This document shows, piece by piece, positions 13,356-27,800 of a stretch of DNA of 64,000 nt (position 1 is the first letter of the stretch; every line of letters begins with the position of its first letter). The DNA lies in assembly GCA_964016885.1 (NCBI GenBank), contig OZ024741.1, positions 405,170,001 to 405,234,000 on the forward strand, read 5' to 3'. Made by a program: the position numbers and the translations under genes. The stretch comes from Eledone cirrhosa. Lineage: Eukaryota. The notes under the pieces were generated by a model, which worked only from the letters and a program-made list of their open reading frames with translations, was not told where the DNA came from and did not search any database.

Positions 13356-14887
13356 TTGTGACAACCTTCACAACTATTTTATAATGAATTGTGACAACCT
13401 TCACAACTATTTTATAATTAATGTTTACAGATTTTCACAACTATTTTATAATTAATTGTGACAAGCTTCACAATATATTTTATAATGAATCGTGACAACC
13501 TTCACAACTATTTTATAATTAATTTTTACAGCTTTTCACAACCATTTTATAATTAATTGTGACAACCTTCACAACTATTTTATAATGAATTGTGACAACC
13601 TTCACAACTATTTTATAATTAATTTTTACAGCTTTTCACAACTATTTTATAATTAATTGTGACAACCTTCACAACTATTTTATAATTAATTGTGACAACC
13701 TTCACAACTATTTTATAATTAATTTTTACAGATTTTCACAACTATTTTATAATTAATTGTGACAACCTTCACAACTATTTTATAATTAATTTTTACAGCT
13801 TTTCACAACTATTTTATAATTAATTGTGACAACCTTTACAACTATTTTATAATGAATTGTGACAACCTTCACAACTATTTTATAATTAATTTTTTCAGAT
13901 TTTCACAACTATTTTATAATTAATTGTGACAACCTTCACAACTATTTTATAATTAATTTTTACAGCTTTTCACAACTATTTTATAATGAATTGTGACAAC
14001 CTTCACAACTATTTTATAATGAATTGTGACAACCTTCACAACTATTTTATAATTAATTGTGACAACCTTCACAACTATTTTACAATGAATTGTGACAACC
14101 TTTACAACTATTTTATAATGAATTGTGACAACCTTCACAACTATTTTATAATTAATTGTGATAACCTTCACAACTGTTTTATAATTAATTGTGACAACCT
14201 TCACAATTATTTTATAATGAATTGTGACGACTTTCACAACTATTTTATAATTAATTGTGACAACCTTCACAACTATTTTATAATGAATTGTGACAACCTT
14301 CACAACTATTTTATAATGAATCGTGACAACCTTCACAACTATTTTATAATGAATTGTGACAACCTTCACAACTATTTTATAATTAATTTTTACAGCTTTT
14401 CACAACTATTTTATAATTAATTGTGACAACCTTCACAACTATTTTATAATTAATTTTTTCAGCTTTTCACAACTATTTTATAATGAATTGTGACAACCTT
14501 CACAACTATTTTATAATTAATTTTTACAGCTTTTCACAACTCTTTTATAATTAATTGTGACAACCTTCACAACTATTTTATAATTAATTGTGACAACCTT
14601 CACAACTATTTTATAATGAATTGTGACAACCTTCACAACTATTTTATAATTAATTTTTTCAGCTTTTCACAACTATTTTATAATGAATTGTGACAACCTT
14701 CACAACTATTTTATAATGAATTGTGACAACCTTCACAACTATTTTATAATTAATTTTTACAGCTTTTCACAACTATTTCAATATTAATTGTGACAACCTT
14801 CACAACTATTTCATAATTAATTGTGACAACCTTCACAACTATTTTATAATTAATCTTTACAGATTTTCACAACTATTTTATAATTAA
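13356..14887. repeat. Satellite array segment 3 (33/34-bp monomers)
   Basis: Same monomers; includes an uninterrupted run of about 12 A-type monomers near 13990-14385. Confidence 0.99.
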
Positions 14888-14899
14888 CTAGCAGTAAAG

Positions 14900-14915
14900 C
14901 CCGGCGTTGCTCGGG
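14900..14915 (-). other. Helitron 3' subterminal hairpin (copy 3)
   Basis: Plus strand CCCGGCGTTGCTCGGG, identical to copies 1 and 2. Confidence 0.85.
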
Positions 14916-15191
14916 GTCGCTCAGTAGCTGTGTTGAAGTTACAATGTTAAGTTTCTTTCTTGGCTTAAAAACTGTAGTGTCTACTGTGCAGACTTGCATG
15001 TGGTGTTTTTGATTAATATTCCCTCAACCAACAATATGCCTTATGAAGTTAAGAAAACATAACGATAACCCGAATGTTATAACAAAAGAGGATGCTGGGG
15101 ATAGAAACTGCACTGGTTATTTATTAAAAAGATCGAAAATGTAAACACTGCAACGCAGAGAAAAACATTAGCGTAACCAAATTATCAGTTA

Positions 15192-15356
15192 TGTCTGTCT
15201 GCACGCCTATATCACCTCTCTGCGCGACTGTCTGTCTGCACGCCTATATCGCCTCTCTGCACGACTGTCTGTCTGCACGCCTATATCACCTCTCTGCACG
15301 ACTATCTGTCTGCACGCGTATATCACCTCTCTGCACGACTGTCTGTCAGCACGCCT
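15192..15356. repeat. 37-bp internal minisatellite (copy 3)
   Basis: Same sequence as in copy 2. Confidence 0.95.
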
Positions 15357-15802
15357 AACGACGAAATATTTGCTTGTTTTACGTAGTCTTTAAATAGACT
15401 TGTTTTCAAGTAAAAATATTGTTTTAAAATGCTTTTAAATGGAAATGAAGCAAAACGGAAGCTTAGTGTTCGAACTGATGAATTTTGCAGGTCAATATTT
15501 TGCTGGCTCAACAACTGTTCGTGTATTAAACGCTGAGAAAGCCAGCGTAATTTTTTACGTAAGACGCTCAATGTAAACAGAACAAAGGGAAATAACTGAT
15601 AACTTACGCTCAAAAATCGATACATTATATTCGATTTCGTCACATAGGGTGGGTCAATTTAAAATATTCTTTTTCCGATGTCTTCGCTAGGGCTCAATGT
15701 ACAAGTATAGCAATTTCGGTGCAATTCCGTGAGCGATTCTAAGAGGAGATGTGTGCCAAAAATCGATAGACAGACAGACAACCACAGTTTTATATATATA
15801 GA

Positions 15803-18800
15803 TTGTGACAACCTTCACAACTATTTTATAATGAATTGTGACAACCTTCACAACTATTTTATAATTAATGTTTACAGATTTTCACAACTATTTTATAATT
15901 AATTGTGACAAGCTTCACAATATATTTTATAATGAATCGTGACAACCTTCACAACTATTTTATAATTAATTTTTACAGCTTTTCACAACCATTTTATAAT
16001 TAATTGTGACAACCTTCACAACTATTTTATAATGAATTGTGACAACCTTCACAACTATTTTATAATTAATTTTTACAGCTTTTCACAACTATTTTATAAT
16101 TAATTGTGACAACCTTCACAACTATTTTATAATTAATTGTGACAACCTTCACAACTATTTTATAATTAATTTTTACAGATTTTCACAACTATTTTATAAT
16201 TAATTGTGACAACCTTCACAACTATTTTATAATTAATTTTTACAGCTTTTCACAACTATTTTATAATTAATTGTGACAACCTTTACAACTATTTTATAAT
16301 GAATTGTGACAACCTTCACAACTATTTTATAATTAATTTTTTCAGATTTTCACAACTATTTTATAATTAATTGTGACAACCTTCACAACTATTTTATAAT
16401 TAATTTTTACAGCTTTTCACAACTATTTTATAATGAATTGTGACAACCTTCACAACTATTTTATAATGAATTGTGACAACCTTCACAACTATTTTATAAT
16501 TAATTGTGACAACCTTCACAACTATTTTACAATGAATTGTGACAACCTTTACAACTATTTTATAATGAATTGTGACAACCTTCACAACTATTTTATAATT
16601 AATTGTGATAACCTTCACAACTGTTTTATAATTAATTGTGACAACCTTCACAACTATTTTATAATGAATTGTGACGACTTTCACAACTATTTTATAATTA
16701 ATTGTGACAACCTTCACAACTATTTTATAATGAATTGTGACAACCTTCACAACTATTTTATAATGAATCGTGACAACCTTCACAACTATTTTATAATTAA
16801 TTTTTACAGCTTTTCACAACTATTTTATAATTAATTGTGACAACCTTCACAACTATTTTGTAATTAGTTTTTACAGCTTTTCACAACTATTTTATAATTA
16901 ATTGTGACTACCTTCACAACTATTTTATAATTAATTTTTTCAGCTTTTCACAACTATTTTATAATAAATTGTGACAACCTTCACAACTATTTTATAATGA
17001 ATCGTGACAACCTTCACAACTATCTTATAATTAATTGTGACAACCTTCACAACTATTTTATAATTAATTTTTACAGCTTTTCACAACTATTTTATAATTA
17101 ATTGTGACAACCTTCACAACTATTTTATAATTAATTGTGACAACCTTCACAACTATTTTATAATTAATTTTTACAGATTTTCACAACTATTTTATAATTA
17201 ATTGTGACAACCTTCACAACTATTTTATAATGAATTGTGACAACCTTCACAACTATTTTATAATTAATTTTTACAGCTTTTCACAACTATTTTATAATTA
17301 ATTGTGACAATCTTCACAACAATTTTATAATTAATTTTTACAGCTTTTCACAACTATTTTATAATTAATTGTGACAACCTTCACAACTATTTTATAATTA
17401 ATTTTTTCAGCTTTTCACAACTATTTTATAATGAACTGTGACAACCTTCACAACTATTTTATAATGAATTGTGACAACCTTCAAAACTATTTTATAATTA
17501 ATTGTGACAACCTTCACAACTATTTTATAATGAATTGTGACAACCATCACAAATATTTTATAATTAATTTTTACAGCTTTTCACAACTATTTTATAATTA
17601 ATTGTGACAACCTTCACAACTATTTTATAATGAATTGTGACAACCTTCACAACTATTTTATAATTAATTTTTACAGCTTTTCACAACTATTTTATAAATA
17701 ATTGTGACAACCTTCACAACTATTTTATAATTAATTTTTACAGATTTTCACAACTATTTTATAATTAATTGTGACAACCTTCACAACTATTTTATAATTA
17801 ATTTTAACAGATTTTCACAACTATTTTATAATTAATTGTGACAACCTTCACAACTATTTTATAATTAATTTTTACAGCTTTTCACAACTATTTTATAATG
17901 GATTGTGACAGTCTTCACAACTATTTTATAATTAATTTTTACAGATTTTCACAACTATTTTATAATTAATTGTGACAACCTTCACAACTATTTTATAATG
18001 AATTGTGACAACCATCACAACTATTTTATAATTAATTTTTATAGCTTTTCACAACTATTTTATAATTAATTGTGACAACCTTCACAACTATTTTATAATG
18101 AATTGTGACAACCTTCACAACTATTTTATAATTAATTTTTACAGCTTTTCACAACTATTTTATAAATAATTGTGACAACCTTCACAACTATTTTATAATT
18201 AATTTTTACAGATTTTCACAACTATTTTATAATTAATTGTGACAACCTTCACAACTATTTTATAATTAATTTTAACAGCTTTTCACAACTATTTTATAAT
18301 TAATTGTGACAATCTTCACAACTATTTCATAATTAATTTTTACAGCTTTTCACAACTATTTTATAATGAATTGTGACAACCTTCACAACTATTTTATAAT
18401 TAATTTTTACAGATTTTCACAACTATTTTTTAATTAATTGTGACAACCTTCACAACTATTTTATAATGAATTGTGACAACCTTCACAACTATTTTATAAT
18501 TAATTTTTACAGCTTTTCACAACTATTTTATAATTAATTGTGACAACCTTCACAACTATTTTATAATTAATTGTGACAACCTTCACAACTATTTTATAAT
18601 TCATTTTTACAGATTTTCACAACTATTTTATAATTAATTGTGACAACCTTCACAACTATTTTATAATTAATTTTTACAGCTTTTCACAACTATTTTATAA
18701 TTAATTGTGACAACCTTCACAACTATTTTATAATTAATTGTGACAACCTTCACAACTATTTTATAATTAATTTTTACAGATTTTCACAACTATTTTATAA

Positions 18801-21800
18801 TTAATTGTGACAACCTTCACAACTATTTTATAATTAATTTTTATAGCTTTTCACAACTATTTTATAATTAATTGTGACAACCTTTACAACTATTTTATAA
18901 TGAATTGTGACAACCTTCACAACTATTTTATAATTAATTTTTTCAGATTTTCACAACTATTTTATAATTAATTGTGACAACCTTCACAACTATTTTATAA
19001 TTAATTTTTACAGCTTTTCACAACTATTTTATAATGAATTGTGACAACCTTCACAACTATTTTATAATGAATTGTGACAACCTTCACAACTATTTTATAA
19101 TTAATTGTGACAACCTTCACAACTATTTTACAATGAATTGTGACAACATTTACAACTATTTTATAATGAATTGTGACAACCTTCACAACTATTTTATAAT
19201 TAATTGTGATAACCTTCACAACTGTTTTATAATTAATTGTGACAACCTTCACAACTATTTTATAATGAATTGTGACAACTTTCACAACTATTTTATAATT
19301 AATTGTGACAACCTTCACAACTATTTTATAATGAATTGTGACAACCTTCACAACTATTTTATAATGAATTGTGACAACCTTCACAACTATTTTATAATTA
19401 ATTGTGACAACCTTCACAACTATTTTATAATTAATTTTTACAGCTTTTCACAACTATTTTATAATTAATTGTGACAACCTTCACAACTATTTTATAATTA
19501 ATTTTTACAGCTTTTCACAACTATTTTATAATGGATTGTGACAACCTTCACAACTATTTTATAATTAATTTTTACAGATTTTCACAACTATTTTTTAATT
19601 AATTGTGACAACCTTCACAACTATTTTATAATGAATTGTGACAACCTTCACAACTATTTTATAATGAATTGTGACAACCTTCACAACTATTTTATAATTA
19701 ATTGTGACAACCTTCACAACTATTTTATAATTAATTTTTACAGCTTTTCACAACTATTTTATAATTAATTGTGACAACCTTCACAACTATTTTGTAATTA
19801 GTTTTTACAGCTTTTCACAACTATTTTATAATTAATTGTGACTACCTTCACAACTATTTTATAATTAATTTTTTCAGCTTTTCACAACTATTTTATAATA
19901 AATTGTGACAACCTTAACAACTATTTTATAATGAATCGTGAAACCTTCACAACTATCTTATAATTAATTGTGACAACCTTCACAACTATTTTATAATTAA
20001 TTTTTACAGCTTTTCACAACTATTTTATAATTAATTGTGACAACCTTCACAACTATTTTATAATTAATTGTGACAACCTTCACAACTATTTTATAATTAA
20101 TTTTTACAGATTTTCACAACTATTTTATAATTAATTGTGACAACCTTCACAACTATTTTATAATGAATTGTGACAAACTTCACAACTATTTTATAATTAA
20201 TTTTTACAGCTTTTCACAACTATTTTATAATTAATTGTGACCATCTTCACAACTATTTTATAATTAATTTTTACAGCTTTTCACAACTATTTTATAATGA
20301 ATTGTGACAAACTTCACAACAATTTTATAATTAATTTTTACAGCTTTTCACAACTATTTTATAATTAATTGTGACAACCTTCACAACTATTTTATAATTA
20401 ATTTTTTCAGCTTTTCACAACTATTTTATAATGAACTGTGACAACTTTCACAACTATTTTATAATGAATTGTGACAACCTTCAAAACTATTTTATAATTA
20501 ATTGTGACAACCTTCACAACTATTTTATAATTAATTGTGACAGTCTTCACAACTATTTTATAATTAATTTTTACAGATTTTCACAACTATTTTATAATTA
20601 ATTGTGACAGCCTTCACAACTATTTTATAATGAATTGTGACAACCTTCACAACTATTTTATAATTAATTGTGACAACCTTCACAACTATTTTACAATGAA
20701 TTGTGACAACCTTTACAACTATTTTATAATGAATTGTGACAACCTTCACAACTATTTTATAATTAATTGTGATAACCTTCACAACTGTTTTATAATTAAT
20801 TGTGACAACCTTCACAACTATTTTATAATGAATTGTGACGACTTTCACAACTATTTTATAATTAATTGTGACAACCTTCACAACTATTTTATAATGAATT
20901 GTGACAACCTTCACAACTATTTTATAATGAATCGTGACAACCTTCACAACTATTTTATAATTAATTGTGACAACCTTCACAACTATTTTATAATTAATTT
21001 TTACAGCTTTTCACAACTATTTTATAATTAATTGTGACAACCTTCACAACTATTTTGTAATTAGTTTTTACAGCTTTTCACAACTATTTTATAATTAATT
21101 GTGACTACCTTCACAACTATTTTATAATTAATTTTTTCAGCTTTTCACAACTATTTTATAATAAATTGTGACAACCTTCACAACTATTTTATAATGAATC
21201 GTGACAACCTTCACAACTATCTTATAATTAATCGTGACAACCTTCACAACTATTTTATAATTAATTTTTACAGCTTTTCACAACTATTTTATAATTAATT
21301 GTGACAACCTTCACAACTATTTTATAATTAATTGTGACAACCTTCACAACTATTTTATAATTAATTTTTACAGATTTTCACAACTATTTTATAATTAATT
21401 GTGACAACCTTCACAACTATTTTATAATGAATTGTGACAACCTTCACAACTATTTTATAATTAATTTTTACAGCTTTTCACAACTATTTTATAATTAATT
21501 GTGACAATCTTCACAACAATTTTATAATTAATTTTTACAGCTTTTCACAACTATTTTATAATTAATTGTGACAACCTTCACAACTATTTTATAATTAATT
21601 TTTTCAGCTTTTCACAACTATTTTATAATGAACTGTGACAACCTTCACAACTATTTTATAATGAATTGTGACAACCTTCAAAACTATTTTATAATTAATT
21701 GTGACAACCTTCACAACTATTTTATAATTAATTTTTTCAGCTTTTCACAACTATTTTATAATGAACTGTGACAACCTTCACAACTATTTTATAATGAATT

Positions 21801-24800
21801 GTGACAACCTTCAAAACTATTTTATAATGAATTGTGACAACCATCACAACTATTTTATAATTAATTTTTACAGCTTTTCACAACTATTTTATAATTAATT
21901 GTGACAACCTTCACAACTATTTTATAATGAATTGTGACAACCTTCACAACTATTTTATAATTAATTTTTACAGCTTTTCACAACTATTTTATAAATAATT
22001 GTGACAACCTTCACAACTATTTTATAATTAATTTTTACAGATTTTCACAACTATTTTATAATTAATTGTGACAACCTTCACAACTATTTTATAATTAATT
22101 TTAACAGCTTTTCACAACTATTTTATAATTAATTGTGACAACCTTCACAACTATTTTATAATTAATTTTTACAGCTTTTCACAACTATTTTATAATGGAT
22201 TGTGACAGTCTTCACAACTATTTTATAATTAATTTTTACAGATTTTCACAACTATTTTATAATTAATTGTGACAACCTTCACAACTATTTTATAATGAAT
22301 TGTGACAACCATCACAACTATTTTATAATTAATTTTTACAGCTTTTCACAACTATTTTATAATTAATTGTGACAACCTTCACAACTATTTTATAATGAAT
22401 TGTGACAACCTTCACAACTATTTTATAATTAATTTTTAAAGCTTTTCACAACTATTTTATAAATAATTGTGACAACCTTCACAACTATTTTATAATTAAT
22501 TTTTACAGATTTTCACAACTATTTTATAATTAATTGTGACAACCTTCACAACTATTTTATAATTAATTTTAACAGCTTTTCACAACTATTTTATAATTAA
22601 TTGTGACAATCTTCACAACTATTTCATAATTAATTTTTACAGCTTTTCACAACTATTTTATAATGAATTGTGACAACCTTCACAACTATTTTATAATTAA
22701 TTTTTACAGATTTTCACAACTATTTTTTAATTAATTGTGACAACCTTCACAACTATTTTATAATGAATTGTGACAACCTTCACAACTATTTTATAATTAA
22801 TTTTTACAGCTTTTCACAACTATTTTATAATTAATTGTGACAACCTTCACAACTATTTTATAATTAATTGTGACAACCTTCACAACTATTTTATAATTCA
22901 TTTTTACAGCTTTTCACAACTATTTTATAATTAATTGTGACAACCTTCACAACTATTTTGTAATTAGTTTTTACAGCTTTTCACAACTATTTTATAATTA
23001 ATTGTGACTACCTTCACAACTATTTTATAATTAATTTTTTCAGCTTTTCACAACTATTTTATAATAAATTGTGACAACCTTCACAACTATTTTATAATGA
23101 ATCGTGACAACCTTCACAACTATCTTATAATTAATTGTGACAACCTTCACAACTATTTTATAATTAATTTTTACAGCTTTTCACAACTATTTTATAATTA
23201 ATTGTGACAACCTTCACAACTATTTTATAATTAATTGTGACAACCTTCACAACTATTTTATAATTAATTTTTACAGATTTTCACAACTATTTTATAATTA
23301 ATTGTGACAACCTTCACAACTATTTTATAATGAATTGTGACAACCTTCACAACTATTTTATAATTAATTTTTACAGCTTTTCACAACTATTTTATAATTA
23401 ATTGTGACAATCTTCACAACAATTTTATAATTAATTTTTACAGCTTTTCACAACTATTTTATAATTAATTGTGACAACCTTCACAACTATTTTATAATTA
23501 ATTTTTTCAGCTTTTCACAACTATTTTATAATGAACTGTGACAACCTTCACAACTATTTTATAATGAATTGTGACAACCTTCAAAACTATTTTATAATTA
23601 ATTGTGACAACCTTCACAACTATTTTATAATGAATTGTGACAACCATCACAACTATTTTATAATTAATTTTTACAGCTTTTCACAACTATTTTATAATTA
23701 ATTGTGACAACCTTCACAACTATTTTATAATGAATTGTGACAACCTTCACAACTATTTTATAATTAATTTTTACAGCTTTTCACAACTATTTTATAAATA
23801 ATTGTGACAACCTTCACAACTATTTTATAATTAATTTTTACAGATTTTCACAACTATTTTATAATTAATTGTGACAACCTTCACAACTATTTTATAATTA
23901 ATTTTAACAGCTTTTCACAACTATTTTATAATTAATTGTGACAACCTTCACAACTATTTTATAATTAATTTTTACAGCTTTTCACAACTATTTTATAATG
24001 GATTGTGACAGTCTTCACAACTATTTTATAATTAATTTTTACAGATTTTCACAACTATTTTATAATTAATTGTGACAACCTTCACAACTATTTTATAATG
24101 AATTGTGACAACCATCACAACTATTTTATAATTAATTTTTACAGCTTTTCACAACTATTTTATAATTAATTGTGACAACCTTCACAACTATTTTATAATG
24201 AATTGTGACAACCTTCACAACTATTTTATAATTAATTTTTACAGCTTTTCACAACTATTTTATAAATAATTGTGACAACCTTCACAACTATTTTATAATT
24301 AATTTTTACAGATTTTCACAACTATTTTATAATTAATTGTGACAACCTTCACAACTATTTTATAATTAATTTTAACAGCTTTTCACAACTATTTTATAAT
24401 TAATTGTGACAAACTTCACAACTATTTCATAATTAATTTTTACAGCTTTTCACAACTATTTTATAATGAATTGTGACAACCTTCACAACTATTTTATAAT
24501 TAATTTTTACAGATTTTCACAACTATTTTTTAATTAATTGTGACAACCTTCACAACTATTTTATAATGAATTGTGACAACCTTCACAACTATTTTATAAT
24601 TAATTTTTACAGCTTTTCACAACTATTTTATAATTAATTGTGACAACCTTCACAACTATTTTATAATTAATTGTGACAACCTTCACAACTATTTTATAAT
24701 TCATTTTTACAGATTTTCACAACTATTTTATAATTAATTGTGACAACCTTCACAACTATTTTATAATTAATTTTTACAGCTTTTCACAACTATTTTATAA

Positions 24801-27800
24801 TTAATTGTGACAACCTTCACAACTATTTTATAATTAATTGTGACAACCTTCACAACTATTTTATAATTAATTTTTACAGATTTTCACAACTATTTTATAA
24901 TTAATTGTGACAACCTTCACAACTATTTTATAATTAATTTTTACAGCTTTTCACAACTATTTTATAATTAATTGTGACAACCTTTACAACTATTTTATAA
25001 TGAATTGTGACAACCTTCACAACTATTTTATAATTAATTTTTTCAGATTTTCACAACTATTTTATAATTAATTGTGACAACCTTCACAACTATTTTATAA
25101 TTAATTTTTACAGCTTTTCACAACTATTTTATAATGAATTGTGACAACCTTCACAACTATTTTATAATGAATTGTGACAACCTTCACAACTATTTTATAA
25201 TTAATTGTGACAACCTTCACAACTATTTTACAATGAATTGTGACAACCTTTACAACTATTTTATAATGAATTGTGACAACCTTCACAACTATTTTATAAT
25301 TAATTGTGATAACCTTCACAACTGTTTTATAATTAATTGTGACAACCTTCACAACTATTTTATAATGAATTGTGACAACTTTCACAACTATTTTATAATT
25401 AATTGTGACAACCTTCACAACTATTTTATAATGAATTGTGACAACCTTCACAACTATTTTATAATGAATTGTGACAACCTTCACAACTATTTTATAATTA
25501 ATTGTGACAACCTTCACAACTATTTTATAATTAATTTTTACAGCTTTTCACAACTATTTTATAATTAATTGTGACAACCTTCACAACTATTTTATAATTA
25601 ATTTTTACAGCTTTTCACAACTATTTTATAATGGATTGTGACAACCTTCACAACTATTTTATAATTAATTTTTACAGATTTTCACAACTATTTTTTAATT
25701 AATTGTGACAACCTTCACAACTATTTTATAATGAATTGTGACAACCTTCACAACTATTTTATAATGAATTGTGACAACCTTCACAACTATTTTATAATTA
25801 ATTGTGACAACCTTCACAACTATTTTATAATTAATTTTTACAGCTTTTCACAACTATTTTATAATTAATTGTGACAACCTTCACAACTATTTTGTAATTA
25901 GTTTTTACAGCTTTTCACAACTATTTTATAATTAATTGTGACTACCTTCACAACTATTTTATAATTAATTTTTTCAGCTTTTCACAACTATTTTATAATA
26001 AATTGTGACAACCTTCACAACTATTTTATAATGAATCGTGAAACCTTCACAACTATCTTATAATTAATTGTGACAACCTTCACAACTATTTTATAATTAA
26101 TTGTGACAGCCTTCACAACTATTTTATAATTAATTTTTACAGATTTTCACAACTATTTTATAATTAATTGTGACAACCTTCACAACTATTTTATAATGAA
26201 TTGTGACAACCTTCACAACTATTTTATAATTAATTTTTACAGCTTTTCACAACTATTTTATAATTAATTGTGACCATCTTCACAACTATTTTATAATTAA
26301 TTTTTACAGCTTTTCACAACTATTTCATAATGAATTGTGACAAACTTCACAACAATTTTATAATTAATTTTTACAGCTTTTCACAACTATTTTATAATTA
26401 ATTGTGACAACCTTCACAACTATTTTATAATTAATTTTTTCAGCTTTTCACAACTATTTTATAATGAACTGTGACAACTTTCACAACTATTTTATAATGA
26501 ATTGTGACAACCTTCAAAACTATTTTATAATTAATTGTGACAACCTTCACAACTATTTTATAATTAATTGTGACAGTCTTCACAACTATTTTATAATTAA
26601 TTTTTACAGATTTTCACAACTATTTTATAATTAATTGTGACAGCCTTCACAACTATTTTATAATGAATTGTGACAACCATCACAACTATTTTATAATTAA
26701 TTTTTACAGCTTTTCACAACTATTTTATAATTAATTGTGACAACCTTCACACCTTTTTATAATGAATTGTGACAACCTTCACAACTATTTTATAATAAAT
26801 TTTTACAGCTTTTCACAACTATTTTATAAATAATTGTGACAACCTTCTCAACTATTTTATAATTAATTTTTACAGATTTTCACAACTATTTTATAATTAA
26901 TTGTGACAACCTTCACAACTATTTTATAATTAATTTTAACAGCTTTTCACAACTATTTTATAATTAATTGTGACAACCTTCACAACTATTTTATAATTAA
27001 TTTTTACAGCTTTTCACAACTATTTTATAATGGATTGTGACAACCTTCACAACTATTTTATAATTAATTTTTACAGATTTTCACAACTATTTTTTAATTA
27101 ATTGTGACAACCTTCACAACTATTTTATAATGAATTGTGACAACCTTCACAACTATTTTATAATTAATCTTTACAGCTTTTCACAACTATTTTATAATTA
27201 ATTGTGACAACCTTCACAACTATTTTATAATTAATTGTGACAACCTTCACAACTATTTTATAATTAATTTGTACAGCTTTTCACAACTATTTTATAATTA
27301 ATTGTGACAAACTTCACAACTATTTTATAATTAATTTTTACAGCTTTTCACAACTATTTTATATTAATTGTGACAACCTTCACAACTATTTTATAATTAA
27401 TTTTTACAACTTTTCACAACTATTTTATAATTAATTGTGACGACCTTCACAACTATTTCATAATTAATTTTTTCAGCTTTTCACAACTATTTTATAATGA
27501 ACTGTGACAACCTTCACAACTATTTTATAATTAATTTTTACAGCTTTTCACAACTATTTAATAATGAATTGTGACAACCTTCACAACTATTCTATAATGA
27601 ATTGTGACAACCTTCACAACTATTTTATAATGAATTGTGACAACCTTCACGACTATTTTATAATTCATTTTTACAGCTTTTCACAACTATTTAATAATGA
27701 ATTGTGACAACCTTCACAACTATTTTATAATTAATTGTGACAGTCTTCACAACTATTTTATAATTAATTTTTACAGATTTTCACAACTATTTTATAATTA

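Larger units (their letters stand above)
14888..15802 (-). mobile_element. Non-autonomous Helitron-like element, copy 3, 915 bp
   Basis: Appears identical to copy 2 by eye (same extra G, same CAAGTAAAAA, GTGAGCGAT and ACCACAG variants), offset by 2447 bp. Confidence 0.92.
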
